Shown here: one piece after another, positions 19,030 through 28,773 of the stretch
How the letters are laid out: every line of letters starts with the position of its first letter
How positions within the stretch are numbered: the stretch's first letter is position 1
Origin: Luteolibacter sp.
GTDB taxonomy: Bacteria > Verrucomicrobiota > Verrucomicrobiia > Verrucomicrobiales > Akkermansiaceae
Reading direction: 5' to 3'
Assembly: GCA_030696085.1 (NCBI GenBank)
Contig: JAUYNL010000046.1
Location: 4,696-68,695, forward strand
DNA length: 64,000 nucleotides
Position numbers and translations under genes: made by a program
Notes under the pieces: model-generated
What the model saw: the letters and a program-made list of their open reading frames with translations, nothing else
Databases searched by the model: none
What the model was told of the DNA's origin: nothing

Positions 19030-19297
19030 ATTGGCTTTTTCCAGATCACGAATAACTTCGTAACCCTTTGAGAGTGAGCGCTAGTCACTCTCGCCGGGGC
19101 AGTGATAGCTATGGCGGGAGCAGGGAGCAAGAGGAAACTTCAGAAACAACGCAAATCCGTTGTTTTCTTGTTTTTGCGCAATTTCCAGGTTGTTTTGCCA
19201 CCCCAATTCGCCACCCATTTCCCATGGCCAGGCAAGGAATCAAGGGCCTGTATGAAAAGCGGGCTGGACCAAAAGCGTTCATGAGAACACTTGAAAA

Positions 19298-20587
19298 TTG
19301 ACCTCAACGCCATTCGGAAGCACCCTCTCCGATGTGACCAAGCCGCTGACCGCCCTTTTCATCGATTGCGATTCGTATTTCGCATCGGTGGAGCAGCACC
19401 TGGATCCCGCGCTGCGCGGCAGGCCGGTGGGAGTCGCGCCGGTCATGGCGGAAAGTTCCTGCTGCATTGCCGCCAGTTATGAGGCCAAGGCCTTTGGCGT
19501 GAAAACCGGCACCCGCATCAGCGAGGCCCGCATCCTGTGCCCGGCCATCACCATCGTGGAGTCGAAGCCCGCCGAATACATCCGCCACCACCATCGCATC
19601 GTTGAGGCGGTCGAGGACTGCATCCATGTCGAGGCCGTGTTGAGCATCGACGAAATGTGGGCCTGGCTGCCCTTCAACCTGCGCGAGCCCGAGATCGTGG
19701 AAACCATCGGCCGCAAAATCAAGGAGGCGGTCGCCCGCGACGTGTCACCGGTCATCAAGGTGAGCGTGGGCGCGGGGTCTAACCGGTTTCTGGCGAAAAT
19801 GGCGAGCAAGATGCGCAAGCCCGACGGCTTGTTCGTCATCGAACACCGCGATCTGCCGGACATCCTGCACCCGCTCAAGCTCCGGGATTTCACCGGCATC
19901 GCCCGCAGCATGGAAATGCGCCTGCACGCCGCCGGAATCCACACCGTGGCGGAACTGTGCGCCGCGCCGAAGCCCGTGCTGCACGGCGTGTGGGGTGGAG
20001 TGATGGGCGACCGGCTCTGGCACCTGCTGCGCGGTGATGAAATTCCGGAATTGGCGTCGGCCCGCAAATCCATCGGTCACAGCCATGTGCTGCCGCCGGA
20101 CTGCCGCCACCCGGACAAGGCGTGGCCGATCCTCTGCAAGCTCCTGCACAAGGCCTGCGAGCGCCTGCGTTCCCACGGCCTGCTCGCCGGGGCGCTGACG
20201 ATGCAGCTCGCGTTTCTGAGAGGTGCGTCATGGGCGGCCGAGGTCCGCACCGATGAGACGGACTCCACACTTTCCCTCATGCGCCTGCTGGACCGCCTGT
20301 GGCGCGACCGGCCCGAACCGGGCTGCCAGATCCTGCAGGTGGGGGTGCTGCTCACCCGCCTTTGTGAACAAGGAAATCACACGCCATCCCTTTTTCAAAC
20401 CGTGGCCGACACCATGGCGGCGCTCGACAAGGAGAAGCACCAGCGGCTCGATGCCACACTCGACAAGCTGCGGGCCCGTTATGGCCGCAAGGTGGTGTAT
20501 TTCGGTGGGGTGCAGGAAGGCCGCGAGCAGGCTCCCATGCGCATCAGTTTCACGCATATTCCGGATTTGGGCCTGGAGCAGGATTGA
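19298..20587 (+). CDS. Y-family DNA polymerase (DinB/UmuC-like, catalytic residues present)
   Basis: LFIDCDSYFASVEQ (catalytic Asp motif), SIDEMW (DE motif), GAGSNRFLAKMASKMRKPDG. The track start at 19298 is TTG. The in-frame GTG at 19334 is an alternative. Confidence 0.85.
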   Translation: MTSTPFGSTLSDVTKPLTALFIDCDSYFASVEQHLDPALRGRPVGVAPVMAESSCCIAASYEAKAFGVKTGTRISEARILCPAITIVESKPAEYIRHHHRIVEAVEDCIHVEAVLSIDEMWAWLPFNLREPEIVETIGRKIKEAVARDVSPVIKVSVGAGSNRFLAKMASKMRKPDGLFVIEHRDLPDILHPLKLRDFTGIARSMEMRLHAAGIHTVAELCAAPKPVLHGVWGGVMGDRLWHLLRGDEIPELASARKSIGHSHVLPPDCRHPDKAWPILCKLLHKACERLRSHGLLAGALTMQLAFLRGASWAAEVRTDETDSTLSLMRLLDRLWRDRPEPGCQILQVGVLLTRLCEQGNHTPSLFQTVADTMAALDKEKHQRLDATLDKLRARYGRKVVYFGGVQEGREQAPMRISFTHIPDLGLEQD

Positions 20588-20898
20588 CGGCCCTTGTTGA
20601 ATCCCGCGATCTGGTAGAGACTGCCAGTGGAGATTTTTTTACGCCATGCCCCGGTTTTCACTCCTGAATCCATCCGTATTCGCGGCGAAGGCCCTGTTGC
20701 CCTCATGTCAGTCGCTCAAGCTCCATGCCGGGCAAATGCCGGCGTTCCAGAATCTGCTCGCCCGGTGAGGCGGGAATCTGGATCTTTTCTCCTCAACGGT
20801 CCGCCTCACTGATTCCACTCCACTCAAATCCAACCCGATCAAGCCGTCGTCATGAAATTCAAAACCATGCCGTTTTTCGTCTTCACCACTTCCGAATC

Positions 20899-21999
20899 AT
20901 GAATCTCGCTCAAGACTCACGCATCGTCATGACGCTTGACGCGGGCGGCACGAACTTCCGCTTCACCGCCATGCGTGGCGGCGCACCCATCACCGGCACC
21001 GCCGCCCTGCCGTCCAACGGCGATGATCTGCCACAATGCCTCGCCAATCTAATCGAAGGCTTCACCCGGGTGAAAGCGCTGTGCCCCGAAGCGCCGGCGG
21101 CCATCAGTTTCGCCTTCCCGGGACCGGCGGACTATCCGAACGGAATCATCGGCGATCTCGGCAATCTTCCCGGTTTCCGCGGCGGCGTGGCCATCGGCCC
21201 GATGCTTGAGGAGAAATTCGGCATTCCGGTGTTCATCAACAACGACGGCGACCTGTTCGTCTACGGCGAGTCCATCGGCGGTTTCCTGCCGCATGTGAAC
21301 GGTCTGCTGGAGAAAGCAGGCAGCCCGAAACGCTACAAGAACCTGTTTGGCATCACGCTGGGCACCGGTTTCGGCGGCGGCATCGTGCGCAACGGAGAGC
21401 TATTCATCGGCGACAACTCGATGGCCGGCGAGGTCTGGCTGCTGCGCAACAAGCTCAACCCCGCGATGAACGCCGAGGAGGGTGCCTGCATCCGCGCCGT
21501 ACGCCGCGTCTATGCGGAACGGAGCGGAGCGCCTTTCGACGAGGTGCCCGAACCAAAAATTCTGTTTGATATCGCCAACGGAGACGCCCCAGGAAACAGG
21601 GACGCGGCCCTCGAAGCTTTCCGTCGTCTCGGCGAAGTCGCGGGAGATGCCATGGGCAACGCTCTGACCTTGATCGACGGTCTCGCCGTGATCGGGGGCG
21701 GCGTGTCCGGTGCCTGGCCCTTGTTCCTGCCCGCGCTGCTTGAAGAACTGAACGGCACCTACACCGGGCCAAAGGGCAACACCTTCCGCCGCCTGACCTC
21801 CGCGGCCTTCAACCTGGAGGACGCATCACAACTCGAAGTTTTCCTAAAAGGGGAAACCCGCACGATCCAAGTGCCACACAGCGAACGCTCCATACAATAC
21901 GATCCCTTGCAGCGGGTGGGAGTCGGCATGTCCCGCCTTGGCACCAGTGAGGCCGTCGCGCTTGGTGCCTATGCGTTCGCCGTGAATCAGCTCGGTTGA
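20899..21999 (+). CDS. ROK family sugar kinase/regulator-like protein
   Basis: Start re-picked to ATG 20899: MNLAQDSRIVMTLDAGGTNFRF (ATP-binding DxGGT), PGPADYPNG, NNDGDLF, LGTGFGGGIV. Confidence 0.75.
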   Translation: MNLAQDSRIVMTLDAGGTNFRFTAMRGGAPITGTAALPSNGDDLPQCLANLIEGFTRVKALCPEAPAAISFAFPGPADYPNGIIGDLGNLPGFRGGVAIGPMLEEKFGIPVFINNDGDLFVYGESIGGFLPHVNGLLEKAGSPKRYKNLFGITLGTGFGGGIVRNGELFIGDNSMAGEVWLLRNKLNPAMNAEEGACIRAVRRVYAERSGAPFDEVPEPKILFDIANGDAPGNRDAALEAFRRLGEVAGDAMGNALTLIDGLAVIGGGVSGAWPLFLPALLEELNGTYTGPKGNTFRRLTSAAFNLEDASQLEVFLKGETRTIQVPHSERSIQYDPLQRVGVGMSRLGTSEAVALGAYAFAVNQLG

Positions 22000-22808
22000 T
22001 CGATCAAGGTACCTTTGGCCGCCTGCCAGGATTGCTCCATTTGATCGGGGCTGGCGTCTAGCAGATCGAGCCCGCGTTGTTTGAGTCCTCGTTCCATGGT
22101 GGCGAAGCGCTGTTCGAATTTCGCGTTGGCGGAGGCCATCAGGACCTCGGGATCCACCTGGCGGAAGCGCGCGAGATTGACCACCGAGAACAGCAGATCG
22201 CCGAGTTCCTCATGCACGGCCGGGGAGTCGCCCGCTGCGATGGCGGCTTCAAGTTCGTCGAGTTCCTCGCGGAGCTTGGCCAGCACGCCCGTCTCATCCG
22301 GCCAGTCGAAGCCGACCTTGGACGCCTTTTTCTGGAGCTTGGCGGCACGCAGCAGCGCGGGCAGTCCTTTGCCGACGCCGTGCAGGTAGGGCTGGGCCTC
22401 GTCGCCTTTTTCGGCGCGCTTGATCTGGTCCCATTGTTGGAGCACGGCATCCGAGGTGGATGCCGCGCTCTGCGCGAAGACATGCGGGTGGCGGCGCACG
22501 AGCTTGTCGCTGATGCCGCGGGCGACCTCGTCGAGATTGAAATGCCCGGACTCTTCGGCGAGTTCGCTGTGGAAAATGACCTGTAGCAGGAGATCGCCGA
22601 GCTCTTCCTTGAGGTGCTCGTGATCGCCGCGCTGGATGGTGTCCACCGTTTCGTAGGCTTCCTCGATAAGATTGGGCACGAGCGAGGCGTGGGTTTGCTC
22701 CGCATCCCACGGGCAGCCGCCGGGGGTGCGCAGGCGGTGCATGATGGCGCGCAAGCGGGCGAGTTGTGTCGCGTCATCCGGTGAGTCGATCATTTCGGCG
22801 TCGGTCAT
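21987..22808 (-). CDS. mazG: nucleoside triphosphate pyrophosphohydrolase MazG
   Basis: Tandem MazG domains: CPWDAEQTHASLVPNLIEEAYETVD...EELGDLLLQVIFHS and KLREELDELEAA...HEELGDLLFSVVNLAR. ATGA overlap with the upstream rhomboid gene. Confidence 0.9.
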   Translation of the reverse strand: MTDAEMIDSPDDATQLARLRAIMHRLRTPGGCPWDAEQTHASLVPNLIEEAYETVDTIQRGDHEHLKEELGDLLLQVIFHSELAEESGHFNLDEVARGISDKLVRRHPHVFAQSAASTSDAVLQQWDQIKRAEKGDEAQPYLHGVGKGLPALLRAAKLQKKASKVGFDWPDETGVLAKLREELDELEAAIAAGDSPAVHEELGDLLFSVVNLARFRQVDPEVLMASANAKFEQRFATMERGLKQRGLDLLDASPDQMEQSWQAAKGTLIDQPS

Positions 22809-23662
22809 GAGTCGGGATTCTGGCGTTGGGAGGCTTTGTGGAGGATTTCGCGCTCGGCATCGGTGAGGCTTTGGAAGCCCTCGCGGGAAATCTTGTCGAG
22901 AATCAGATCCACGGCGCTGTCCTCGCCGGGACGCAGGCTGGTGCGAGGCTTTAATTTCGATTCGAAACGGCCGCGTTGCCTCTGCGGGCGGAAGATTTCC
23001 ACTCCGGGGTCCATGCCTAGCAGGCGCGGATGACGGACCAGGAAAAACCCGAGGATGGCCCCGCCGAGGTGGCCGGCCTCACCGCCTTCGTTGCCGCCGA
23101 GGCCGAGCAGGATCGCGCCGGTGGAGATGACCAGCAGCGCGATGGCGAGCTGGCGCATCGAGAGTTCGATGGGCGGGAAAAGCAACATCACGCGAAGGTC
23201 CGGCGCGATCACCGCGACACCGATGAAAATGCCATAGATGCCGGCCGACGCGCCGATCATACCGGTCTGCATGTCGCCGGGAAGCAGACCAAGAAACATC
23301 AGCAGCGTGAAGAATACGGCCCCCGCGCAGCCGCAGAGCAGATAGAAGATGATGAACTTTTTCGAGCCCCACCAGCGTTCCATCCAAGGTCCGAAGAAGT
23401 AGAGGCCGATGCAGTTGAACAAGACGTGGCCGAGACTGCCGTGGAGAAACTGGAAGGTGACGAACTCCCAGACCCGGTATTCAAAAATGGCGGATTGGAT
23501 CGCGAAGGCACCAAATTGCACCATGCGGTGGTCGAGGAACAGATCGAAGAAGAAGATTCCGATATTGGCGAGCAACAGCCACTTCACGACCGGAGGGAGC
23601 CGCGAAAAAAAACCGCCGCCCTGCGGTGGATTCCGATGATAGTCCCGCTCCGCGATCCCCAT
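22805..23662 (-). CDS. rhomboid family intramembrane serine protease
   Basis: Start re-picked to ATG 23662 (MGIAERDY...). EFVTFQFLHGSLGHVLFN, GASAGIYGIF (GxSG catalytic Ser), and AGHLGGAILG (catalytic His). It has a roughly 70-aa soluble C-terminal tail. Confidence 0.85.
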   Translation of the reverse strand: MGIAERDYHRNPPQGGGFFSRLPPVVKWLLLANIGIFFFDLFLDHRMVQFGAFAIQSAIFEYRVWEFVTFQFLHGSLGHVLFNCIGLYFFGPWMERWWGSKKFIIFYLLCGCAGAVFFTLLMFLGLLPGDMQTGMIGASAGIYGIFIGVAVIAPDLRVMLLFPPIELSMRQLAIALLVISTGAILLGLGGNEGGEAGHLGGAILGFFLVRHPRLLGMDPGVEIFRPQRQRGRFESKLKPRTSLRPGEDSAVDLILDKISREGFQSLTDAEREILHKASQRQNPDS

Positions 23663-23758
23663 GAGGCCGGGACTTAACACGGACGCATGCCCGCCGCAAG
23701 GCCGGCTGAAATTTCCTTCGACTGAAAGGCACGACCACAAGCCCGCGTATTTCGCCGC

Positions 23759-24676
23759 ATGAAGGCAAACCACCATCGTTTCGGTTCCGGGCGGCGGCTG
23801 TCCGGATTTTCGTGTATTCTCGCGGTGATCGCGCACATCGGCGGCATCCTGCCTGGAGCCTTGCGTGCCGAGGGCACCTCCCTCTCAGCGCTCGGGGACA
23901 AAGTCATTGTCGAATCCGGCGGGGCCACCCAGGTCGTTGAAAAAGTCCGTGCACGGGCACCGGGTGTCCTGATGGAGGTGCATGTGAGGGTGGGGGATTC
24001 CGTGAAGAAAGGACAGGCGCTGGGCAATACCGAACTCGCCCCCACCAAGTATCAACTCAATCTCGCCCGCCAGGCACTGGCGAACAACGCGAGTCTCAAT
24101 GCCACGGAAGGACAGGCCGATGCCTGGTCCGCAACCCGTGAGGAAACCGAGGCGGCGCTTCGCAAGCGCACGGTTGAGAAATCCCGCTTGGACTGGGCGA
24201 CCGGAATGGAAAAATACCACCGCGGCAACTACGAGGCGCAGCTCGAACAAAAGAAGGTCCAGCGGATTCAATACGAATATTGGCAGGAACAATATGAGAG
24301 TCGTTTTTTCCGCTCTCCGGTGGATGGGATCGTCACGGAGGTGCTGTTGGAACCTGGCAAGCCGGTCAATTATGCGACGCACGTCTTCACCGTTGGAAAC
24401 GAGGAATCCTTCATGATTCCGGTGACGGTTCCCGCGGAGCTCGCCGCCGGCTTGCTCCCCAACACCCTGCTGCCGGTCCGTGCGACCACCGGCAAACATG
24501 TGGCCCGTGGCACGGTGGACAGCATCGCAAACGACCCGAAGTCCGCTGGCAAAAAAATCATCAAACTCCTCGTCAGTGATGATGACTTCCCCGGCGGCAC
24601 CCATCTATCCGGAACGAAATTCGATGTGCTGCTGCCTCAAGCGGCGGACCCGCCGCAGACCGTTGCGGGTCCTTGA
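23759..24676 (+). CDS. membrane-fusion (HlyD/biotin-lipoyl-like) family protein, orphan
   Basis: N-terminal anchor, a lipoyl-like hairpin (APGVLMEVHVRVGDSVKKGQALG...SPVDGIVTEV) flanking a coiled-coil stretch, then a beta-barrel-like tail. There is no adjacent transporter. Confidence 0.5.
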   Translation: MKANHHRFGSGRRLSGFSCILAVIAHIGGILPGALRAEGTSLSALGDKVIVESGGATQVVEKVRARAPGVLMEVHVRVGDSVKKGQALGNTELAPTKYQLNLARQALANNASLNATEGQADAWSATREETEAALRKRTVEKSRLDWATGMEKYHRGNYEAQLEQKKVQRIQYEYWQEQYESRFFRSPVDGIVTEVLLEPGKPVNYATHVFTVGNEESFMIPVTVPAELAAGLLPNTLLPVRATTGKHVARGTVDSIANDPKSAGKKIIKLLVSDDDFPGGTHLSGTKFDVLLPQAADPPQTVAGP

Positions 24677-24682
24677 GCGCCG

Positions 24683-25885
24683 TCAATCGGGCGGCCGCGT
24701 TTGCAGCCAGGCCGCCGCTTCCCGTCCCGCCCGCGTGCCGGTGGCGAAACATCCCTGCATGAGGTAGCCGCCGGTCGGGGCTTCCCAGTCGATCATTTCC
24801 CCCGCCACGAAGATTCCGGGAAAACGTTTCACCATCAGCGCGGCATCCAGCTCCCGCCAGCACACGCCACCGGCGGAGGAAATCGCCTCCGCGAGCGGAC
24901 GCGGGCCTGTTAGCCCGATCACGCAATGCTTCACCTCGTGTGCGAGCGCCGCGGCATCCTGCCATGGCTTGCGCCCGAGAATCGCCACCGCCGCATCGCT
25001 CAAGCGCCAGCGGACCCGTGCCTCCGCCAGGAAATCGCGCCGCGCGGATTCCATTTTCGCCACCAGACGGGCGTGGGAGAAGGTTGGCTTGAAATCAATG
25101 GCGATGGCCGGCCGGGGCATGGCGCGGAGGACCGCCCCGAGTTGATAAATCGCGCCACCTTCGATGCCATGGCGCGTCACCATCAACTCGCCGATGGCGG
25201 TGACCTCGCCGGCGCTGACCACGATGTTCTTTAGGGGCTTGCCCTCGGCGGCGGCGAGCACCTCCGGCGGCCATGGATGTTCCCAGCCGCAGTTTGCCGG
25301 GACCAGGGGATGGCAGGAAATTCCGAGTGATTCGAAAACGCGCATCCAGCCGCCATCGGAACCGGTTTGCGGCCAGGATCCGCCGCCGAAAGCGAAAACC
25401 ACCGCATCGGCCGGGAAGGACGCGCCATTGGAGAATGCCACAAGGTGCGGACTGCCGGGCACAAGCCCGCTCCAGCGGTGATTCATCTCGAAACGCACGC
25501 CGAGTTCCTTGAGGCCCAGGAGCCAACGCCTCAGCAATGGCGCGGCCTTGAGCTCCTTCGGATAAACGCGGCCGCTGGTGGCTTGGAAGGTCTCCACGCC
25601 GAGGCCCGCCGCCCACCCGCGCAGTGCGGCGGCATCGAAGTCCGCCAGCAGCTCACGCCAGATACCGTTCGGTTGGTCCGGGGCGTCGTAACGCCTGGCG
25701 AAGGTCTCTATGTCCTCGCCGTGGGTCAGATTGAGCCCGCCTTTTCCGGCGACGAGGAATTTCCTGCCCACCGATGGCTTGGCGTCGAAAAGTGTCACGT
25801 CCACGCCGGCCAGTGCGGCCGTTTCCGCGGCACGCAGGCCGGCCGGTCCGCCGCCGATCACGGCGAGTTGGCGGGCTCCGATCAA
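24683..25885 (-). CDS. NAD(P)/FAD-dependent oxidoreductase, HI0933/BaiN-like (TIGR03862-type flavoprotein)
   Basis: LAVIGGGPAGLRAAETAALAG, SVGRKFLVAGKGGLNLTH, SGRVYP, C-terminal FVAGEMIDWEAPTGGYLMQGCFATG. Start placed at the in-frame TTG 25885, which overlaps the upstream stop. The start is uncertain. Confidence 0.8.
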   Translation of the reverse strand: MIGARQLAVIGGGPAGLRAAETAALAGVDVTLFDAKPSVGRKFLVAGKGGLNLTHGEDIETFARRYDAPDQPNGIWRELLADFDAAALRGWAAGLGVETFQATSGRVYPKELKAAPLLRRWLLGLKELGVRFEMNHRWSGLVPGSPHLVAFSNGASFPADAVVFAFGGGSWPQTGSDGGWMRVFESLGISCHPLVPANCGWEHPWPPEVLAAAEGKPLKNIVVSAGEVTAIGELMVTRHGIEGGAIYQLGAVLRAMPRPAIAIDFKPTFSHARLVAKMESARRDFLAEARVRWRLSDAAVAILGRKPWQDAAALAHEVKHCVIGLTGPRPLAEAISSAGGVCWRELDAALMVKRFPGIFVAGEMIDWEAPTGGYLMQGCFATGTRAGREAAAWLQTRPPD

Positions 25886-26685
25886 TGGCTTTGCTGGAAA
25901 AAGTGTTGCAGCGCCTCGATGGCCCCAGCGCCGTGGACGCCGCAGGTGACCAGACCGCCGGTGGCGGTGATTTTTTCGTGAACATCGCTCACCGAGTTCG
26001 CGGGGCAGGCGCACATGCCGGCGTGGGCGGGATCGAGCATTTCAAGATCGTTGTGGCTATCGCCCATGGCAAAGCAGCGCGCGGCGGGCAGGCGGTGGAG
26101 GCGGGCGATTTCCGAAAGGCTGCTGCCTTTATGGAAATCCCGGTGGCCGAAGCGCAGGTAGATCGAATTCCGCTGCCATGAGAGATGCGGTTCATCGGCG
26201 GCGAGCGACGTCACGCGCTGGACGATCCACTCCATTTCCTCCTCGGTGCGGGAGATGACGCCTGCGGGCTCGCCATGCCATTCCATCCACTGGGCCCCGG
26301 TGTGCTCCTCGATTTCATGGCGGATGTGGTCCAGCAGTTTGCGGGCGCGTTTGAAAAGCCCGTGGACCTCCTTTTCGCAACGCTGGTTCCACGGGGCGTG
26401 CGGCAGCCAGCGGCCATGGCTGTCCGGAAAGTAAATCTCGCGCTCACGGGCGACTACCCAGTCGGGCAGGAATGGAAAACTGCTTTCCGAAAAGGCCTCC
26501 TGCAAGTGCTCCAGCGAGCGGCCGGTGTTGATGCCCCAGAGCGCCTCCCGATCAGCGCGAAGCTGGCGGATGAGCACGAATAACTCCCTCGGCACCGGCG
26601 GATCGGTGGCCGGATGGTGGAGGGTTCCGTCGAAATCAAACGACAGGATGACGGTAGGGATGGGTGCGGGTGGAAGTGTCTGCAT
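25882..26685 (-). CDS. HAD-superfamily hydrolase (Cof/IIB-like)
   Basis: Start re-picked to ATG 26685: MQTLPPAPIPTVILSFDFDGTL (DxDGT motif), GINTGRS, and C-terminal CFAMGDSHNDLEM. Confidence 0.75.
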   Translation of the reverse strand: MQTLPPAPIPTVILSFDFDGTLHHPATDPPVPRELFVLIRQLRADREALWGINTGRSLEHLQEAFSESSFPFLPDWVVAREREIYFPDSHGRWLPHAPWNQRCEKEVHGLFKRARKLLDHIRHEIEEHTGAQWMEWHGEPAGVISRTEEEMEWIVQRVTSLAADEPHLSWQRNSIYLRFGHRDFHKGSSLSEIARLHRLPAARCFAMGDSHNDLEMLDPAHAGMCACPANSVSDVHEKITATGGLVTCGVHGAGAIEALQHFFQQSH

Positions 26686-26702
26686 CGGGTGATTGGACAA
26701 AA

Positions 26703-27704
26703 TTACCGAGTGGCGGCGGGCAGCCAGACTTTGGCCCCGACACTGCGGCCTGCCGGGCTGCGAAAGAATTCTTGCATGCCGCGGCGGGTTTCCAGATCGG
26801 CCACGGCATCCGCGGCGCGGGCCCAGCGCCAGCGGAAACCGGCGTCGTGCAGGCGCAGCGGCTGCGCCCAGCGGCTTTTGGTGATCAACTCGGTCTCGGT
26901 GCGCAGCAGTCGTGCGCCGATTTCCAGCATCCAGCGCCTGGCGGGCAGTCCGAGCGGCATGCCCACCGTTTCCCGGAAGACCTGCATCCACTCGCGGTTG
27001 CTCGGGAAATCAGGGGCCGTCACGTTCACCGCGCCGTCCAAAAATGGATCACCGATGATGAACTCGACAGCTCGCAGGAAATCCTCCATGTGGATCCAGC
27101 TCACCCGTTGGCTGCCGCCCGCCATCGCGCCGCCGAGGCCGCAGCGTGTCAGCTTCCACAACACGTCGAACACCGTGTCCTCCTCATTGGCCAGCACCAT
27201 CCCGGTCCGCAGGGCGACCTTGCGGGTTTCCGCAGGCACCATCACGCCGAAAAACGCCTCTTCCCAGGCCCGCGCGACATTGCAGGAAAATCCCTCACCC
27301 GGCTCGCCCAGCCAATCATCCTGCGGACGGTCCTCCGCGTGGCGGTACCAGGTGGCAGTGGCGGCGTTCAGCCACACCTTGGGCGGTGCCTTGCAGCCCG
27401 CGATCGCGCGACCGATGGCCTGTGTGGAATTGACCCGCGAGTCGAGGATTTCCCGGCGATTTTCCGCATGATAGCGGCAGTTCACACTGCGTCCCGCCAG
27501 ATTGATCACCGCTTCCGCGCCTTCCAGCGCCAGCGTCCAAGGCCCCGCTGTCTTGCCGTCCCATTCGAGAAACATGCCGTCGCCACTCCAGCCCTTGCGG
27601 CTGCGCGCGACCGCCACCACCTCCTTGCCCTGCCGCGCGAAATACCGGCACAAGTATCTGCCTAGAAAGCCGTTGGCTCCGAAAATGACGATGATGGAAT
27701 TCAT
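26703..27704 (-). CDS. TIGR01777/YfcH-like NAD-dependent epimerase family protein (with a DUF1731-type C-terminus)
   Basis: Start re-picked to ATG 27704: MNSIIVIFGANGFLGRYLCRYF (Rossmann GxxGxxG), INLAGRSV, and a conserved C-terminal region ...GFRWRW. Confidence 0.75.
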   Translation of the reverse strand: MNSIIVIFGANGFLGRYLCRYFARQGKEVVAVARSRKGWSGDGMFLEWDGKTAGPWTLALEGAEAVINLAGRSVNCRYHAENRREILDSRVNSTQAIGRAIAGCKAPPKVWLNAATATWYRHAEDRPQDDWLGEPGEGFSCNVARAWEEAFFGVMVPAETRKVALRTGMVLANEEDTVFDVLWKLTRCGLGGAMAGGSQRVSWIHMEDFLRAVEFIIGDPFLDGAVNVTAPDFPSNREWMQVFRETVGMPLGLPARRWMLEIGARLLRTETELITKSRWAQPLRLHDAGFRWRWARAADAVADLETRRGMQEFFRSPAGRSVGAKVWLPAATR

Positions 27705-27732
27705 GGAAAATGCTGAAATTTTGAAATTTGGA

Positions 27733-28254
27733 TCACCCCAGCATCTTCGCCGCCATTTGCAGGGCGAAGCCATGTTTCATGCCGGCCACGCGATCAGCCA
27801 TGGTGGAGGCGAATTCGACAAACTCCTCCAATTGCCGCATCTGTTCGTAAAAGGCCCGGCCCTCCGGCGTGTCGATGTCCTGGCTTTCTTCCGCGCACTT
27901 GCGCAGCACCTGTAGCGCGGGATCGATTTCCCGCCGCTTTCGCTCCCTCGTCACCATGATGAAAACCTTCCACACGTCCTTCTCCGCCTCGAAATATTCC
28001 CGCCGCTCGCCCTTGCGCACCACCACCCGCAGCAGACCCCACGCCACCAACTCCTTGAGGTTGGTGTGCGCGTTGCCGCGGCTGATTTCCAACTCCTCCA
28101 TCACCTCGTCGGTCCCCAACGGCTCAGGGGCCGTCATCAACAGCGCGTGGATCTGCGCCATCGTCCGGTTGATCCCCCACTGCGTCCCCAAGGCCCCCCA
28201 CTGCGCCACAAACTCATCCCTCGCCTGCTTCAATGCATCCGTTGTCGCGCTCAT
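27733..28254 (-). CDS. GbsR/MarR-family transcriptional regulator
   Basis: FVAQWGALGTQWGINRTMAQIHALLMTAPEPLGTDEVMEELEISRGNAHTNLKELVAWGLL is a winged-HTH layout typical of the GbsR family. Confidence 0.75.
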   Translation of the reverse strand: MSATTDALKQARDEFVAQWGALGTQWGINRTMAQIHALLMTAPEPLGTDEVMEELEISRGNAHTNLKELVAWGLLRVVVRKGERREYFEAEKDVWKVFIMVTRERKRREIDPALQVLRKCAEESQDIDTPEGRAFYEQMRQLEEFVEFASTMADRVAGMKHGFALQMAAKMLG

Positions 28255-28299
28255 TGCTTTCAGAAATTACTGAAACTTCAGAATTAGCAAGAAAAAAGT

Positions 28300-28702
28300 G
28301 AGGGGTGCCGCTCCCCTGTAAGCCGGATTCTGTCCATCCCGCTTGCGCGGAACTGGACGGCCATTTCTCTCACCCCGCCGAGGCGGAGCGCCCCGCTTGC
28401 GCGGAGTGCGACTAATACCCGGAGATTAAACGGGCGGGCAGCCCTTCCCCTGTTCTGTCTTGCACCACGCGGGGTTTGCCGTGCCGCTCCGGTTACCCTC
28501 GGCGCGGTGGGCTCTTACCCCACCATTTCATCCTTACCTGTGCCCTTGCGGGCCATCGGCGGTATGCTTCCTGTTGCACTTTCCGTCCGGGTCCCTCGCG
28601 GTTCCCGTCCCTCACTTTCATGAGGCGCGTTGCCCTGTGGTGTCCGGACTTTCCTCAAGCCCCGCTTGCGCGGAGCCTGCGACCGTCCGGGGAGCGGCCC
28701 GG
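28300..28702 (-). ncRNA. rnpB: RNase P RNA, bacterial type A
   Basis: The minus strand carries the universally conserved blocks GAGGAAAGTCCGG (P4 5' side), ...CCGATGGCCCGCAAGGG...GGTAAGGATGAAATGGTGGGGTAAGAGCCCACCGCG..., and ACAGAATCCGGCTTACAGG (P4 3' side). The P1 pairing is CCGCTCCCC/GGGGAGCGG. A terminal hairpin plus a T6 run lies at about 28290-28300. Ends are good to about 10 nt. Confidence 0.92.
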
Positions 28703-28773
28703 AGAGACTGCCCCCCGCCACTGCTGATTCCAAGGAAAAGATGTGCCGACTTGCGCGGCGGGGCTTTCGGACC

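Noticed and set aside
19030-19297. LexA/SOS box upstream of the Y-family polymerase
   Set aside because: I found no CTGT-N8-ACAG, GAAC-N4-GTTC or TGTTC-N4-GAACA type sequence. The palindromes that are present are reported as unexplained rather than called SOS boxes.
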